A DNA stretch of 63,953 nucleotides, filler included, from Chiloscyllium plagiosum (GCF_004010195.1; 3 parts of one record of this genome joined end to end with filler, not necessarily neighbours in it), one strand, 5' to 3'; shown: positions 49,550 through 62,810, numbered from the whole stretch's first letter. The notes: a model not told the origin generated them from the sequence alone. Numbers and translations are program-made.

Positions 49550-50301
49550 AACAGGGGGAGCAAGTGACAGGCAGTGAATGACAGCAAATGAGAAAGTAAG
49601 CAAAGGACAGCAAGCAAGCCAAAAACAGAGAGAGAGAGAAAACATGATCAATTGAGGGTTATAAAGAGCTATAGAGAGCACGAAGAGAGAGGCAGGACAA
49701 GAGAAAGTGCGGGGAACCAAGGGAGAGTGGTGTTTTCAAAATCATGAGAAGGCTGCAAAGAGTAGATAGCGTAAAGCCGTTTCTGTGAAAGAACCAAGAA
49801 CAAGATGGCATTGATGTACATGATGTGAAAACACAGCAAGGGTGGTGTGAGAGAAGATTTTTTTTAATGCAGCAAGTTGTTACGATATGGAAGGCATCAC
49901 TAGGAAATGTCACGGTGGCAGATTCAATTGAGGCATTTAAGAGATCACTGGAATGATTATTTGGATAAACTGGAATGCAGCAACATTGGGGAAAAAGCAG
50001 GAGATTGCTATTGGAATACAGAACTAGTGCAGACACCAAACAGCCTCCTCAGCACCGTGATAACTCTGATTCTGAAGAACAGGACAAGGGAGAGAGAATA
50101 AAAGACTGCACGCGTGATTGAAAGAGAGAACGCAAGCCAACGAAGGAGAAAGGGAGTGAGTGAAACAAATAAGCGAATAAGAGAAATAGAGAACAAGAGA
50201 AAAGGAGAAAGAGAGAAAAACAGAAAGAAATGGAAGAGCAAGCAAACACAAAAATCTGTGCAGTGTAGTAGCTACATCTTCTTAATTCTAGAAGCACTTA
50301 C

Positions 50302-50395
50302 TTCAGAGCTGACCATCAGCTCTGGAACACTGTGAATCATAGAAACTGTGGCTGTGGATAGGGGCACCATTTGCTTCCCATTCTTCTTCTGCAAT
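50302..50395 (-). CDS. CTDP1: RNA polymerase II CTD phosphatase FCP1, probable exon 3
   Basis: Minus strand atatttttcag|...TCTGAA|gtaagt; 94 bp, phase 2 to 0, in frame with the previous exon; LQKKNGKQMVPLSTATVSMIHSVPELMVSSE. Confidence 0.95.
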
Positions 50396-51379
50396 CTGAA
50401 AAATATAAGTTTGAAAAATGGACTGAATCCCATGTTATACAAACTGACCATCTTAAGAACAAAATACACATTTCCCATCTGGACTTTCCCATCCTCCTGT
50501 GTGGAAGTTCATGCTGGGGTACAATTCTGCAGAAACTGGTGAATTTCAGGTACTTTTTCTAAATTTAGTTTTCAAAGAAATTGTTCACCAGCAAAGTATT
50601 TTGCAGGCCAGGAGAGAAAAGGATCAAACTAAGCACAATTCACATTCTATTTTCCCGCATTGTTCATGGATATAAATGTGATGATTAATCAATGATCACA
50701 GCTAATACCCAGCAGTGCACACTGATAATACAAATAAGACAGATAGAGGGGCATAACAGAGTTGGTAAGGGTCCATGCAGCAAGTGCAATAGAGCAAACC
50801 ATGGGCAGTCTAACCTCTCACTCATCTTATTCTCATCCTAACAGCATTTCCTTCTCCCATATGTACTCATCCAGCTTCCTCTTAAATGTATCAATGCCAT
50901 TCCCTTCAACAGTTCCTTTTTTGGAGGAGGGGGCGGTATTAAGGTTGGTTATTGGATTTATTAGTGGCTATTTTATACTTATGACCTTCTTGTTTTAGTT
51001 TCGCCCCCAAGTGGAGATATGATCTCCATATTCCAATCGACCAAGTCCTTTTGTTAATGTTCTCCATCAAGTCACCTTTCAGCCTTCTCTTTTTGAGGAA
51101 AGAAAACACAAAATCTTTCCTCCTGGTTATAAACCCTCGGTTCAAGTGTCATCTTTATACATCATCTTTGCAGCATAACCTCTCTGGAGCACCTGCAACC
51201 ATTTTAATAAAATGGAGACTAGAACTCTACAGCTTTCAAAAATGTGGACCTGACGAGTCTCTATCTAATATTTAGCATAACTTCCATGCTTTTCAATTTT
51301 ATCCCTTTCGAAGTGTACACAAGGTGCTGTTTGTTGTTTCTAAATGACCTTATTGATCTCAGAAACATAGGAATTGTTA

Positions 51380-52165
51380 CAGAGCAGGAGTCCCTTCCAG
51401 AGAAGCTGCATTAGGACCCTGTTTAAGACTGCAGCAAAACACTACAGCACCCTGGAACTGCGAAGAGTGGAAGAAGTACACCTATACAAAGTCTTTGCCA
51501 AAAACAGATACCCCCTCAGCTGAGTCTGTAGATGCCTGGCGGACAAGCAACACCAAAATGACAACACACGTCACCAATGCACTGGCTACTCTCCCATACA
51601 TTAAAAACATTTCAGAAATGACAACCAGACGGCTCCCACCACTAGAGATTTCGACAGCACACAAACCAGCAACCACTCTCAGAGAGCAGCTCACCAGAAT
51701 AAAGGACCCCACACCCACTATGTGCAGGACAAATTTAATTTACAAAATCCCACGCAATGACTGCACTAAGCATGATGTAGGACCAACAGGCAGACAGCTA
51801 GCTACCCGCATCCATGAACATCAACTAGCAGCCAAGCGATGCAACCAACTCTCCCTGGTATCCATACACACAGACGACAAGAACCATGAGTTTGACTGGG
51901 ACAACACAACAATACTATGACAGACTAAACAAAGAACAGCAAGGGAATTCCTGGAAGCATGGTATTCATCCTTGGACTCCATCAACAAGCAGATTGACCT
52001 GGACCCAATATACAAACCGCTGCAACAGAAAACCAGAACCAAACAGAACCACATAAATATAGCAGTGCTTCACAACAGGCGACACAGCACTGACAATGTC
52101 ACCGAGAAAGGGGACAAAACATCTGTCAACAAACCAACAGCTGACTGAACACACCCATAACGAAT
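51380..52165 (+). mobile_element. Penelope/Poseidon-type PLE 3' part (GIY-YIG)
   Basis: LPYIKNISE...HKPATTLR...NLIYKIPRNDCTKHDVGPTGRQLATRIHEH; lacks the Cys linker of the other PLEs; decayed hammerhead at about 52088-52125. Confidence 0.88.
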
Positions 52166-52249
52166 CCAATCAGCTCCCTTGTGAGGAGGGTCTTCACAAA
52201 ATCTTTTAAGTCCCTTCACCTTGTCTGCACTGATTCTCCAAATTCGCCA

Positions 52250-53880
52250 TTCTCATGGGAACCATTCACAATCACCTTTCCCGAAAAGTCTAATTCCCTT
52301 TCAAATGCTTCGATCAAACCTGCCTCCACCACACCCTGACTGCGTTCTCCAGATCCTAAACAATTTCTACATTCAAAAGTACTTTTCCTCATGACATTTT
52401 TGCTTTTTTCACCAATTACCTTAAAACTGCACCCTTTCATTCATTAACCCTTCATGAGTGGGAGCAATTTCTCCAGATCTACTCTACACCCTCATGATTT
52501 TAAACTCCTCTACCAAAACTCCACTCAGCCTTCATTTCTCCAAAGAAACCATCTTTAACTTCTCCAATCTATTTTCATCCCTCATCCCTAGAAATATTCT
52601 TATCTATTCACATTATTTGCAAAGTGTGGCATTGAGAACTAGATACAAGTTTCCAGTTGAGGCCAAAATAGTAACTTATAAAAGTTCAGCATAACGTCCT
52701 TATGGTGTAAGGTTCCTGGCTTTTATACTGTATGCCTTTTAAAAAAAGCCCAAGCTACTGTATATTTTCTGAACCACTCTCTAAAACTGTCATGTCATCT
52801 TCAATGGTTGCACACCTAGACCCAAGTTCTCCGTACCCTGTTTTAAACTATACCCATTAGTGAGTTTTGAGATTTGTAGCTCAGGTTGAGGTTCTGGATG
52901 TAGGTTTGTTCACTGAGTTTTCAGATGTTTTCAGATGTTTCATCACCATACTAGGTAACATCTTCAGTGGGCCTCAGAATGAAGCACTGGTGTTCTTCAG
53001 GGCTTCATTCGGAGGCTCACTGAAGACGTTACTTAGAATGGTGACGAAACATCTGAAAACAAACCTTCCAACTCAGCGAGCAAATCTACATCCAGAACTA
53101 TACCCATTATTTGATACTTGATATTTTTCATATCAAAATGAATCATTTCACATTGCCTCACTTTGAACTTCATCTGCCACTTATCTGCCCACATTCTGCC
53201 AACATTCAATGTTCTTTTGAAGTTCTACATGTTTGGCCTCACCACTTACGACGCTTTTAAGATTGTATGGTCCATAAGCTTTGCAACTGTACTTTGTACA
53301 CAGATTGCTATCATTAATACGTATCATGAAAAGCAAGAATCCCAAAAATCCCCCAAGACCTCTAGTCCAGACCTTCCTCTAACATGGAAAATTTTCCCTG
53401 AATCTTAACTCTGTTTCTATTATTTAGTCAATTCCATATCTATGTTGCCACTAACCATTTTATTCCACAAGCTATAACTTTGCTCAACAGTCTGTTAAAC
53501 GGTACAACAACAAACAGATTCTGGGATGTTTACGTACACCATAAATTACATTGCACTAACCAACTAACCAACCTTCTGTGAACTTTTTTAAAAAACTCCA
53601 GGAAATTAGTGACACTTCAATTTCCCTCAAGAAATTCACACTGGCTTTCCTTAATCAACCTGCATTTGTTGAGGTGACTATAAACTTCTCTCACAAAATA
53701 CTGTTTCCAGAAATCGACCCACCTCATAAGTTAATCTGACCATTTTATGATTGCTGGGCTTATCTTTACAGACTTTCTTGAATAAGAGTGTAAAGATCTG
53801 CAATTCTCCAGTTCTCTAATACCACACAGTAGTTTAAGGAAGACTGAAAAATTAAGGCCAGTTCCCCTGCAATTTCACTC
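52250..53880 (-). mobile_element. highly degenerate CR1 LINE
   Basis: VVEAGLIEAFEREL; VLENWRIA; boundaries approximate. Confidence 0.65.
52860..53099. mobile_element. fold-back mini-element made of two inverted PLE ends, each with a hammerhead core
   Basis: 52892-52989 is roughly the reverse complement of 52998-53098; plus-strand core TCA-CTGAAGA-C-GTTAC...GTGAC-GAAAC-ATC-TGA at 53017-53056. Confidence 0.75.
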
Positions 53881-53883
53881 ATG

Positions 53884-54181
53884 ATTAGATTAGATTCCCT
53901 ACAGTGTGGAAACAGGCCCTTCGGCCCAACAAGTCCACACCGACCCTCCGAAGAGTAACCCACCCAGTCCCATTTCCCTCTGACTAAAGCACCTAACACT
54001 ATGGGCAATTTAGCATGGCCAATTCACCTGGACTGTGGGAGGAAACCAGAGTACCTGAAGGAAACTCACGCAGATATGGGGAGAATGTGCAAACTCCACA
54101 CAGACAGTCACCCAAGGCTGGAATCAAACCTGGGACCCTGGCGCTGTGAGGCAGCAGTGCTAACCACTGAGCCACCGTGCC
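53884..54181 (-). mobile_element. HE1-type SINE
   Basis: Full length, (TTAGA)n at left end. Confidence 0.9.
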
Positions 54182-54977
54182 GCTGGTCCTCAATATTTTT
54201 GGATGCATCTAATCTTGCTCAAGTACCTTTTTCTTTCCACCCCATCACCATTGTGTGTCAATATTTTAAAGTGATTTATGCATCTGCATCTTCAAACTGA
54301 TGTTTGTTTGTCCCATTCACAAACTCCACCATCCAAGCAATATATGCCTTGCGCATTCATTGTATTAAAATACACCACCATATCATTCAACATAAGTTTT
54401 AACACTGCAGATTTATCCAAGTATTCTTTGTATTAACTGCAAGTCCATCGATTTGATGTGCTCAAGTTTGGAAACGGCTACTTCCAAACACTAAATCTAA
54501 ATTGACAACGTAAATAGAATGCATAGCGGGTATTACTGGACAGCGATCAGGATGATTGCTTATTGTTCCTTCTCTAGATCAGGGTCAGGAAGCTGTAGTG
54601 CACAACTGATTTTTACTAACCAATTCCCATTCTTGCAGAACATCACCCGAACTACAACCAAGAGTGCATAAGTTCAGTCAGCCAGCATGTCTCCAATTTC
54701 AAATCAAAGGGTTGATCGATATATTTTTCGCAAACATGGAAAACTGAAGACACCTAGTTTTGATTTATGGCATTGGTCTCGCTTGTCAGTTTTGAATGCA
54801 ATCTGTGTCATTTAAATTAAATATCAATGTTTATATGGCAATCTAATGTAACTAATAGTTTGAAGGCTTCTGTAAAAATTCAGTTATTACAGTTCCCAAT
54901 TTTAAGCTATCGGTACTAATATCAAGACCAGAAAATGAAGGCTCCCTAATGATCTCCAACCCCAACCAGGTTTGAGA

Positions 54978-55885
54978 TCATAAGACCATAAGAAATAGGA
55001 ACAGAAGATGACTATTCAGTCTCTTGAGCCTGCTCTGCCATTCAGTAGGATCATGGCTGATCCAACTTTCTACATCCACTTTGTTGCCTTTCCCTGTAAC
55101 TCGTGATTCCGTTACTGATCAAGATTCTATCTATATCAGTTTTAAATATGCACAAGAAATCTACTCTCTGTGGCGAGGAATTCCAAATCCCTTGAAGAGA
55201 AGAAATTCCTCAATTCAGTCTTAAATTGGAGACCCTTTATTCACTATATTCTCCGGTCCTAGACTCTTCCATGAGTGGAAACATCCTATCAGCATTAACA
55301 TCGTCAAACTCTTTTAAGAATCCTCTACATTTCATTTAGATCACCTCTCATTCTTCTAAATTTAAATGAGTACCAGCCTGTTTAATCTTTGCTCACAAGA
55401 CAATTCCTCCATAACAGGAATCATCCCAGTGAACCTTCTCTGAACTGCTTCCATTGAAATAATATAATTTTCTTAAATAGAGGGACCAAAACTGCTTATA
55501 GTACTCCAGATGTAGTCTCATCAGTACCTTGTACAACTGCAGTAAGACTTCCCTACTCTTATACTCCAATCCCTTGAAATAAGGGTCAACATTCCAGTAA
55601 CCCTCTTGATTACCTGCTGTAACTGTGTGCTTGCTTTCTGTATTTCTGTATCCCTTTGTGTTGTAGCTTTCTGCTGCTATTCTCCATTTAACTAATACTC
55701 ATTCTTTTCTCAGCTTCACAGTTTCCCACATTATATTCCATTTGCTAACTTTTTGCCCACTTACTTACCCTATTAATAGCTCTCTGCAAAATGTTTATAT
55801 CTCCCTCCAAACCTGCCTTTCCACCTATTCTGGTGTCGTCTGCAAATCTGGCTAGAGTACATTTGCTTCCTTTCTCCAAGTTATT
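54978..55885 (-). mobile_element. CR1 LINE 3' part
   Basis: Same family as 48361-49449; FADDT remnant near 55835. Confidence 0.85.
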
Positions 55886-57194
55886 TAAAACATCAGCCCA
55901 CCCTATTCCTCACAACTGCAATATTATGCATGCAGTGGTGTGGCTGGAAGTTGCAATAGCCTGGGAGTTGCAGTATGTAGATGTAATACAGGGATCTTGG
56001 ATGTATACTGGTGCCCAATGTGATAATAAGAGTAAAGCACTATGCACCAATCAACACAAATGTAATACATCTGAGCTAACTGGCTGAGCAATTATTTCCT
56101 AAGTTTAGCATGTTCTTCAGTAACCTTTATTTCATAGCACCGTGACCATTGACAATATTGGCATCTAAACCAGCGGGAAAGTGTGACTGTGTATGCAGTT
56201 TTTGTGTCATGATCAATGGCACATCTGACAGAGAAGATAACTGCTGTAAAAAGAGGCACATAGTCGACATTTTCCATCTTGCAGTGATCAGGACTGAATT
56301 ACAAGAAAACTAAACTTCAAAGGGAACAATTTGAACTGCATGGGAAAACAGCATTGATTAGTTGACAAACAAACTCTGAAGGGTCAATGTTTTGCCTCGG
56401 AGAATGCACAAGGTAATGGTTATTTTTGTGAAAGTTCTGAACAAAATGGTCGAGACGTTGCCAAGAGGAACACCCTGAAGAAATGTTGTCCTCCAAGCAC
56501 TTGCTCAGTTGAAAAATGCGCTGGCATATTCCTTTTGCTTACAGAGAGCTGGCCCTCCGTTTGAACATATGTAGCTCCGAGCAAGTGAGAGACACCCACA
56601 TTTCATGCCTGGCTGATAACCTTTAATTGCTTGTTGCTTTAATTGTTTGATCTTAGCATTATGACTCACATCTAATCTTGGACATTATGTACGGAGTTTT
56701 GAAAGCATGGGCTGGTCCAATACAGTCAGCAGCCAAAAGGATTTGCTGCCTGATACAACAGGCAAGGCTGGTCATTTCATACTGCTACTATATCATAACA
56801 AAACGAGTGGTACTTTCATCAAGTCAGACAAATGCTTATGAATTTCAGTGCCAGTGTAATTATATCAGGTATGTAGGGTAAACATCCCAAATGACTGGTA
56901 AATAGCACCCAACAGTGCATCCCTTCAAAAATCTTCTCAAGTTCTGAGGAGTCATGCTGGGGGGTCTTGAACCTTTAACTCTGCTTTTCTCTCCACAGAT
57001 ACTGCCAGATCTGCTGAGTTTATCCAGCATTCTCTGTTTGCTTCAGATTTCAAACATCCACAGTAGTTGGCCTTTATTATAGCGCACTTTTCAGCTGTTC
57101 ACAACAGACAGAGAACAAAGTGTACAGAACTACCCTGTGCTTGTTAAACCCAAAAGAAAGAGTTTAAAATTAGATGTGAAGCTGCGGTTGGACA

Positions 57195-57520
57195 GTCAAC
57201 CCATTAATCCCATGAAAGAGAAATCACGTCTGACCAATTTATTAGAATTTTTTGGAGAAGCCTCAACCTGAGTAGATAGAGGGGAACCAAAAGATGTGTA
57301 GTATTTGGGCTTCCAGAAGACACTTGACAAAAGGATAAGCCATAAGAGCCCAAAGTGTTGGAGGTAGTACATTGGTATGGATAGAGAATTGGCCAATAAG
57401 CAGGAAACAGCAAGTTGGTATAAGGGGTTCTTTTTCAGGTTGACAACCAGTAACCAATGGGGTTCCAGTGCTGGGTCCACAACTGTTTCCAATATATATT
57501 AATGACTTGGAGGAAGAAGA
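57195..57520 (+). mobile_element. CR1 RT fragment
   Basis: KS.LTNLLEFF...; VTNGVPVLGPQLFPIYINDL. Confidence 0.8.
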
Positions 57521-58228
57521 CCAAGCGTTCATATGCAATTAGTGCTCTCAGTAAACAAATAAAAGCCCAAATATTGAGTCTATTACAACTAAACATAAAG
57601 CACAGGGAAAACATTACACTGTAGCATTTCCTATGGTCAGTGAGGGTCCAGTTTCCAACCAATCAGCATTTTTTTTTCCACGTGGTATAAATTATTGCTC
57701 CTTTTCAAATTTGGTATTCTTGCAATTATATTTGGATGAGTACAAGACAAAAAACTCAACAAGGTGTCTCTTTTGACATTAGTTCAAGTTCTGTTCGTAC
57801 TGAGGAGAATGTTATTTTGAAAACTTTGAAATGGGGAATTTTTGAAGAAACATACTCTGAGGGAGAACAGAATAATTATTTTGCCATCCATTTTCAGTCC
57901 CTCTAATCATAATTGCTTTGTAATCTTTTGACCCAGGTCAGTTTGCCCTTCTTGTGATCAGCCAATGCTGTTCTGAAAGTGTCACCGGGCAACACTCAGA
58001 ACAACATGGGGCTTTAATCCACCTGATATTTTGTTTCTTAAAGGAATCACAACAAAGAAAGCCATTCCATTTTTAGAGAACTGATTAAGGAGAATTATCA
58101 TTCTGTGAACCACAGGATGAGAAAGACTGCTGTGAAAACAGCACATTTGGAAGATCTGCTTGTTATTGCACACCACTGTCCACCTTCAAATAAAGATAAG
58201 TTGGCACATAGTACAGAAAATAACTTAC

Positions 58229-58312
58229 TGCGTCAAGTCTTGACCACAGGCTGCACAGAGGCCTTTCATAACAATAGGGTGACTGCATCCTTCAAGCCGA
58301 ACCAGTACGCTT
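58229..58312 (-). CDS. CTDP1: RNA polymerase II CTD phosphatase FCP1, probable exon 2
   Basis: Minus strand tttattttatgcag|...|gtaagt; 84 bp, phase 2 to 2; SVLVRLEGCSHPIVMKGLCAACGQDLTQ matches the vertebrate CTDP1 N-terminal region as I recall it (VLVRLEGCSHPVVMKGLCAECGQDLTQ). Confidence 0.95.
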
Positions 58313-58566
58313 CTGCATAAAATAAATGGAGAAAAATTAATGTCAACATTGGATTTTAAAAAAAATTACGTCTGAAGTTGATACATTCTCATTAAACAAG
58401 GATATCAGGGGACATGGAACCAAAGCCGCAGACTGATATTAAGACAGATTCCAAACATGAGCAAATTGAAAGGTTGCATAGATTTGAATGGCCTTCTCAG
58501 TTGCCATGGTACAAATCTGAGCTAGACTGCAAAAAAAATGTAGCCACCTGACTTTTTAGGTTACAA

Positions 58567-58774
58567 CTGAAAATGCGTTGCTGGAAAAGCGCAGCAGGTC
58601 AGGCAGCATCCAAGGAGCAGGAGAATTGACGTTTCGGGCATGAGCCCTTCTTCAGGAATTTTTCATGCCCAAAACGTCGATTCTCCTGCTCCTTCGATGC
58701 TGCCTGACCTGCTGCGCTTTTCCAGCAACACATTTTCAGCTTTGATCTCCAGCATCTGCAGTCCTCACTTTCTC
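58567..58774. mobile_element. fold-back PLE mini-element with 15-bp TSD and intact minus-strand hammerhead core
   Basis: TSD CTTTTTAGGTTACAA at 58552-58566 and 58775-58789; arms 58567-58643 / 58663-58739; core at 58626-58657. Confidence 0.88.
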
Positions 58775-59203
58775 CTTTTTAGGTTACAAGACTGGTTTCA
58801 GCTTTCTGATTTAGACCTTTGCTGCTAGTGAGAATCTAAACCAGAAATGTTAAAAACAAACTTTAAGGCCAGAAAATTGCCAGCCCCAAGGCATTCGTGA
58901 GTCTCCCTTGAGAAGAAGGAAAAAAAAACATGACAGAGTCTGGATCCCAGCTTCACCAAAAAGGCACCGTGGCACCCATTTCTGTGGGTCAGTCCCGGTC
59001 AGAACGTAGTTGTCAGGGTAAATCTGCTGGTTAATCTCACCAGGAGGCCATACAACTTCAAGAGTCTGCAGTTTACTCTCCATGTAGAACTGATGTTAAA
59101 ATTTGAGACTGGCACTCCAACAGATGGGGTCATCCCTCGGCGAGACGTCAAACTGAGAGCCCATCTTCCTCCTCATGTGGATGTGAAGGAACTGTCGGCA
59201 TTG

Positions 59204-59698
59204 CAGGCTGTACCTCCCTCATCCAGAACTCTCTGTCCCACCTCCCTCATCCAGAACTCTATGGAGATGTGACAAATTGGCACCTCCCTAATCTGGAATT
59301 CTCCGCCCAACCTCCCCAATGCAGTATTCTCCATCCCATACTCTCAGTACCGTCCCAGTTCTGCTCTGGTCTTGTAATGTCGCTATTTAGGTCCCAAGGT
59401 CATGGTCAGCCTTCACATTTAATTTACTGAAGTGATCTTTTTCTCTGTCTGGAATATTTTAGAACAAAATTATTGGACCCTTGGATAACAAGATTTATTT
59501 TGCTGCTCACGGATGCTTGCAGGAAATATATTTCAAAATTAAACTTTTCAAACTCGCGCAAGAACAACTGCCTCTGATATTGTTTTAAAAACTGCAAGAA
59601 CAACTGCCTCTGATATTGTTTTAAAAACTCCCGCGATCTCCCCTGACCCAGCAAATTCTCTGGTCCCCGATACTGTTGGATTACAGAGATACAATCTG
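59204..59698. mobile_element. old Tigger-like MITE with internal tandem duplications
   Basis: Imperfect TIRs caggctgtacctccctcatcc / ggattacagagatacaatctg. Confidence 0.55.
59558..59629. repeat. perfect 36-bp tandem duplication
   Basis: GCAAGAACAACTGCCTCTGATATTGTTTTAAAAACT twice. Confidence 0.95.
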
Positions 59699-61297
59699 CA
59701 TTTGGAAGACAAGCAGGGGAGTAATCTCTGGAGTCCTGGTCAATATTTATCTCATTGTTATCTTAGTGCTACTTGTGGGAACTCACTGAGTGCACATTAG
59801 CTGCTGTGTTTCCTACATTACATCAGAGACCACATTTCAAAAGTACTTCACTGTCCAGTCCTTCAAAGCACCCAGTTGGTCACAAAATGCACGAAATAAA
59901 GCAAATCTATTGTTTATTATGCAACTGTCCTCCACTTGCAACATTTTGCTGAAGGGTGGGGGTTGTTGTGGCAGTTTCGGGCAAGATTTCTGCCTCCTGC
60001 AGTTGGGGACTATTTTTAAATCGACTCCGAATAAGGTAGGTTTGCTTTACTGTAAAACAGTCTGCTGCAAAAACTGCTGCGGGTTATGCCTCTAATTCAC
60101 TGACTGATACAACAGAGCATCTATTTATTCTGCTGTATTTACTCGCGGTGAGGCTGCCTCCACTGTCAACAATGCAACATAAACACTACATTTACCAGGA
60201 TGTTGTCCAGAGTGTGGTGCTGGAAGGGAACATCAGGAAGGGTTTATGCCCAAAACATCAATTCTCCTGCTCCTCGGATGCTGCGTAACCATCTGTGCTT
60301 TTAGGTGCGGGCGCAGTCATGATTTTTAAAAGACAGTGAGATGAGAACATGAATCGGAATGGTTTGGAGGGATATGGATCAGGAGCATGCAGGTGGGACT
60401 ACTTTAGTTTGGGATTATGCTCAGCACGGACTGGTTGGACCGAAAGGTCTGCTTCCTTGATATATGACACTTTGAAGTGCTGCAGCACTACTTTCTAATA
60501 AATTTAGCTGATGGTAGGTCACCTTAATGCTATGTTTTTACTTCAACCTTCAAAACTTCATTACAACTAATTAATTTTAATAATAAAATTCATCCTTCAG
60601 CTGTTTAATCACATTAATCAAAGGCCTCCCGACGCTCTCATTCACAGAAAAAACTACAACAGAAGTGAAACAAGTTAACTTTCCTTATACACATCAGATA
60701 ATCACGAATCCTTCAAAACATTTTGCCCAGTATTGCTGATCATGACTACATTTCTATTTTTTGGGAAATTGCTGGAATCCATTATGAAGGAGGTTGTAGA
60801 AAGATATCTTTAGAAAATCATAATGTGATCAGGTGGAGGTAATACAGCTTTGTAAATGGAAATCACACTTATCTAGGTTAATCAAGATTTTAAAATAAGT
60901 AGTAAGCAGCATGCAGAAAAAGGAAACATGTAGATGTGACCCACTTGAATTTTCAACAAGTAGTTGATAAGACACTTGCTACACAAGACTTTTTAAAATA
61001 TTCTTTTACAAGATGTGGGCATCACAGGATAGATCAAAACTTTCTACATTTAAGTCTGATCAAGCTTTTTCTTATTAAGTACCTAGTGTTCACACAAAAC
61101 AATCCCAAATGGTTTAGCAAGGCAGTAAATCCAATATTGCATGTTTCTAAGTTCAGCTACTCAGGAGAATTAAAAGTTCAATTTATCACATGCATTGTTC
61201 AATAAGACATGATATTCTATTGGTAGGTCTGGCTAACGAATTCAACCCAACCAGAATTTTGAGGTATCCAACTGTGGTGTCGCCATTTCAGTGTTTT

Positions 61298-61548
61298 GAT
61301 TAGATTAGATGAGATTCCCTACAGTATGGAAACAGGCCCTTTGGCCCAACCAGTCCACACCGACCCTCCGAAGTGTAACCCACCCTCTGACTAATGCACC
61401 TAACACTATGGGCAATTTAGCATAGCCAATTCACCTAACCTGCACATCTTTGGATTGTGGGAGGAAACCCACGGAGAGACAGGGAGAATGTGCAAACTTC
61501 ACACAAACAGTTGCCCAAGGCTGGAATCGAACCTGGGACCCTGGTGCT
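61298..61548 (-). mobile_element. HE1-type SINE
   Basis: Reverse-complement core and tail. Confidence 0.87.
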
Positions 61549-61564
61549 ACCCAGAATCCTTCAC

Positions 61565-62095
61565 AGAATCATAGAATCACAGACATGTTACTGTACAGAA
61601 GGAGGTCATTCAGACTAACACACCTGAGCATTTTGACTAGTTGCTTTTTTTTCCTGCCTTTTACCCATAACATTGGACGGTTATTTGAATAGAAGCAATG
61701 AATCCCTGAATGCTTCAATTAAACCTGCCTCCACCACTCTTGCAGGGAGTGTACTCCAGATCATAACTATTCACTCTGTGTAAAAGGTTTTTCTCACATC
61801 ACTCTTGCTTCATTGCAAATTACCTTACATTTGTGTTCTCTCATTCTTGATTCTTTTATTTTCTCTGTCTATTCCGTGCATCACCCTCTGGATTTTGAAA
61901 ACTGCTATTAAATCGACTTTAATTCTGCAAGAACACAGTCGCAACTTCTCTAATTATCATCCAATCTGAAGTGTCTCATCTCTGACCATTCTTGTAAACC
62001 TCTTCTGCATTCCCCTCAGTGTGTTTGCATTGTTCCTAATTTGTGATGCCCAGAACCGTATGCAATACTACTCCAGTTGAGGTCTGACTAACTTC
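61565..62095 (-). mobile_element. degenerate CR1 3' part
   Basis: (ATAGAATC)n tail and resemblance to other CR1 3' ends. Confidence 0.7.
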
Positions 62096-62379
62096 CATGA
62101 CTAAGACTACAGTTTTCCATTTCTCAAGCTTTTTAATTTAGTGGAAGACAGTTTTTACTGATATTAAGTTTTCAGATATGATGGGATTTGAACTCTCTTC
62201 TCTGGGTTTCTTATCCAATGACGAACTGCCTTTTGTTTTGAAAAACATCCTACGATTGTCAAATCTCATCTCCATCACAAACCAATTTTCAACCATGTTT
62301 TACAACCAAGCCCTTTTCTAAGCCTGGTCTACTCTATCAAAAATCAAAGAATATGTTCTTCAGCTATGTACCAGAATAG

Positions 62380-62810
62380 ACAGAGTCATACCAGACAGCA
62401 CGGAAACAGACCCTTCAGTCCAACTCTCCCAAGCCAAACAAATTTCTTAAATCAAGACCCATTTCCCTGCATTTGGCCCATATCCTTCTAAACCTTTCCT
62501 ATTCATGTACCTGTCCAGATATCTTTTAGATCTTGTAACTCTACCTACACCTACCACTTCCTCTGACAGTTCGTTTCTTATATGAACCACCCTGTGTGTG
62601 AAAAGGTTGCCCCCTCACGCCCTTTTTAAAATCTTTCTTCTCTCACCTTAAGATTATCCTCTTAGTTTTGAATTCCCCAACCCTTGGGAAAAGATTTTGC
62701 TCTTCACCTTATCTAAGCCCTTCATGATTTTATAAGCCTCTATAAGGTCAATGCTCCAGTGGAAAAAGTTCCAGCCTATTCAGCTTATTTTTATAACTTA
62801 AATCCTCCAA
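62380..62810 (-). mobile_element. CR1/HER1 LINE 3' fragment
   Basis: Closely resembles 2285-2725. Confidence 0.82.

Larger units (their letters stand above)
59125..59910 (+). mobile_element. DeuSINE-type (SacSINE1/AmnSINE-related) SINE split by a MITE
   Basis: gagacgtcaaactgagagcccatc...gtcctggtcaatatttatc...tgtgggaactcactgagtgcacattagctgctgtgtttcctacattaca. Confidence 0.65.

Noticed and set aside
50008..50297. Hydrophobic or charged ORFs that look like membrane or SR proteins (also 45059-45562)
   Set aside because: GA/CT low-complexity sequence.
57659..57691. CCAAT, CACGTG and TATAAA cluster in CTDP1 intron 2
   Set aside because: Short motifs expected by chance in 64 kb; no downstream gene seen.
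59558..59629. 36-bp direct repeat of CRISPR-like length
   Set aside because: Only two adjacent copies, no spacer, eukaryotic context; a simple tandem duplication.
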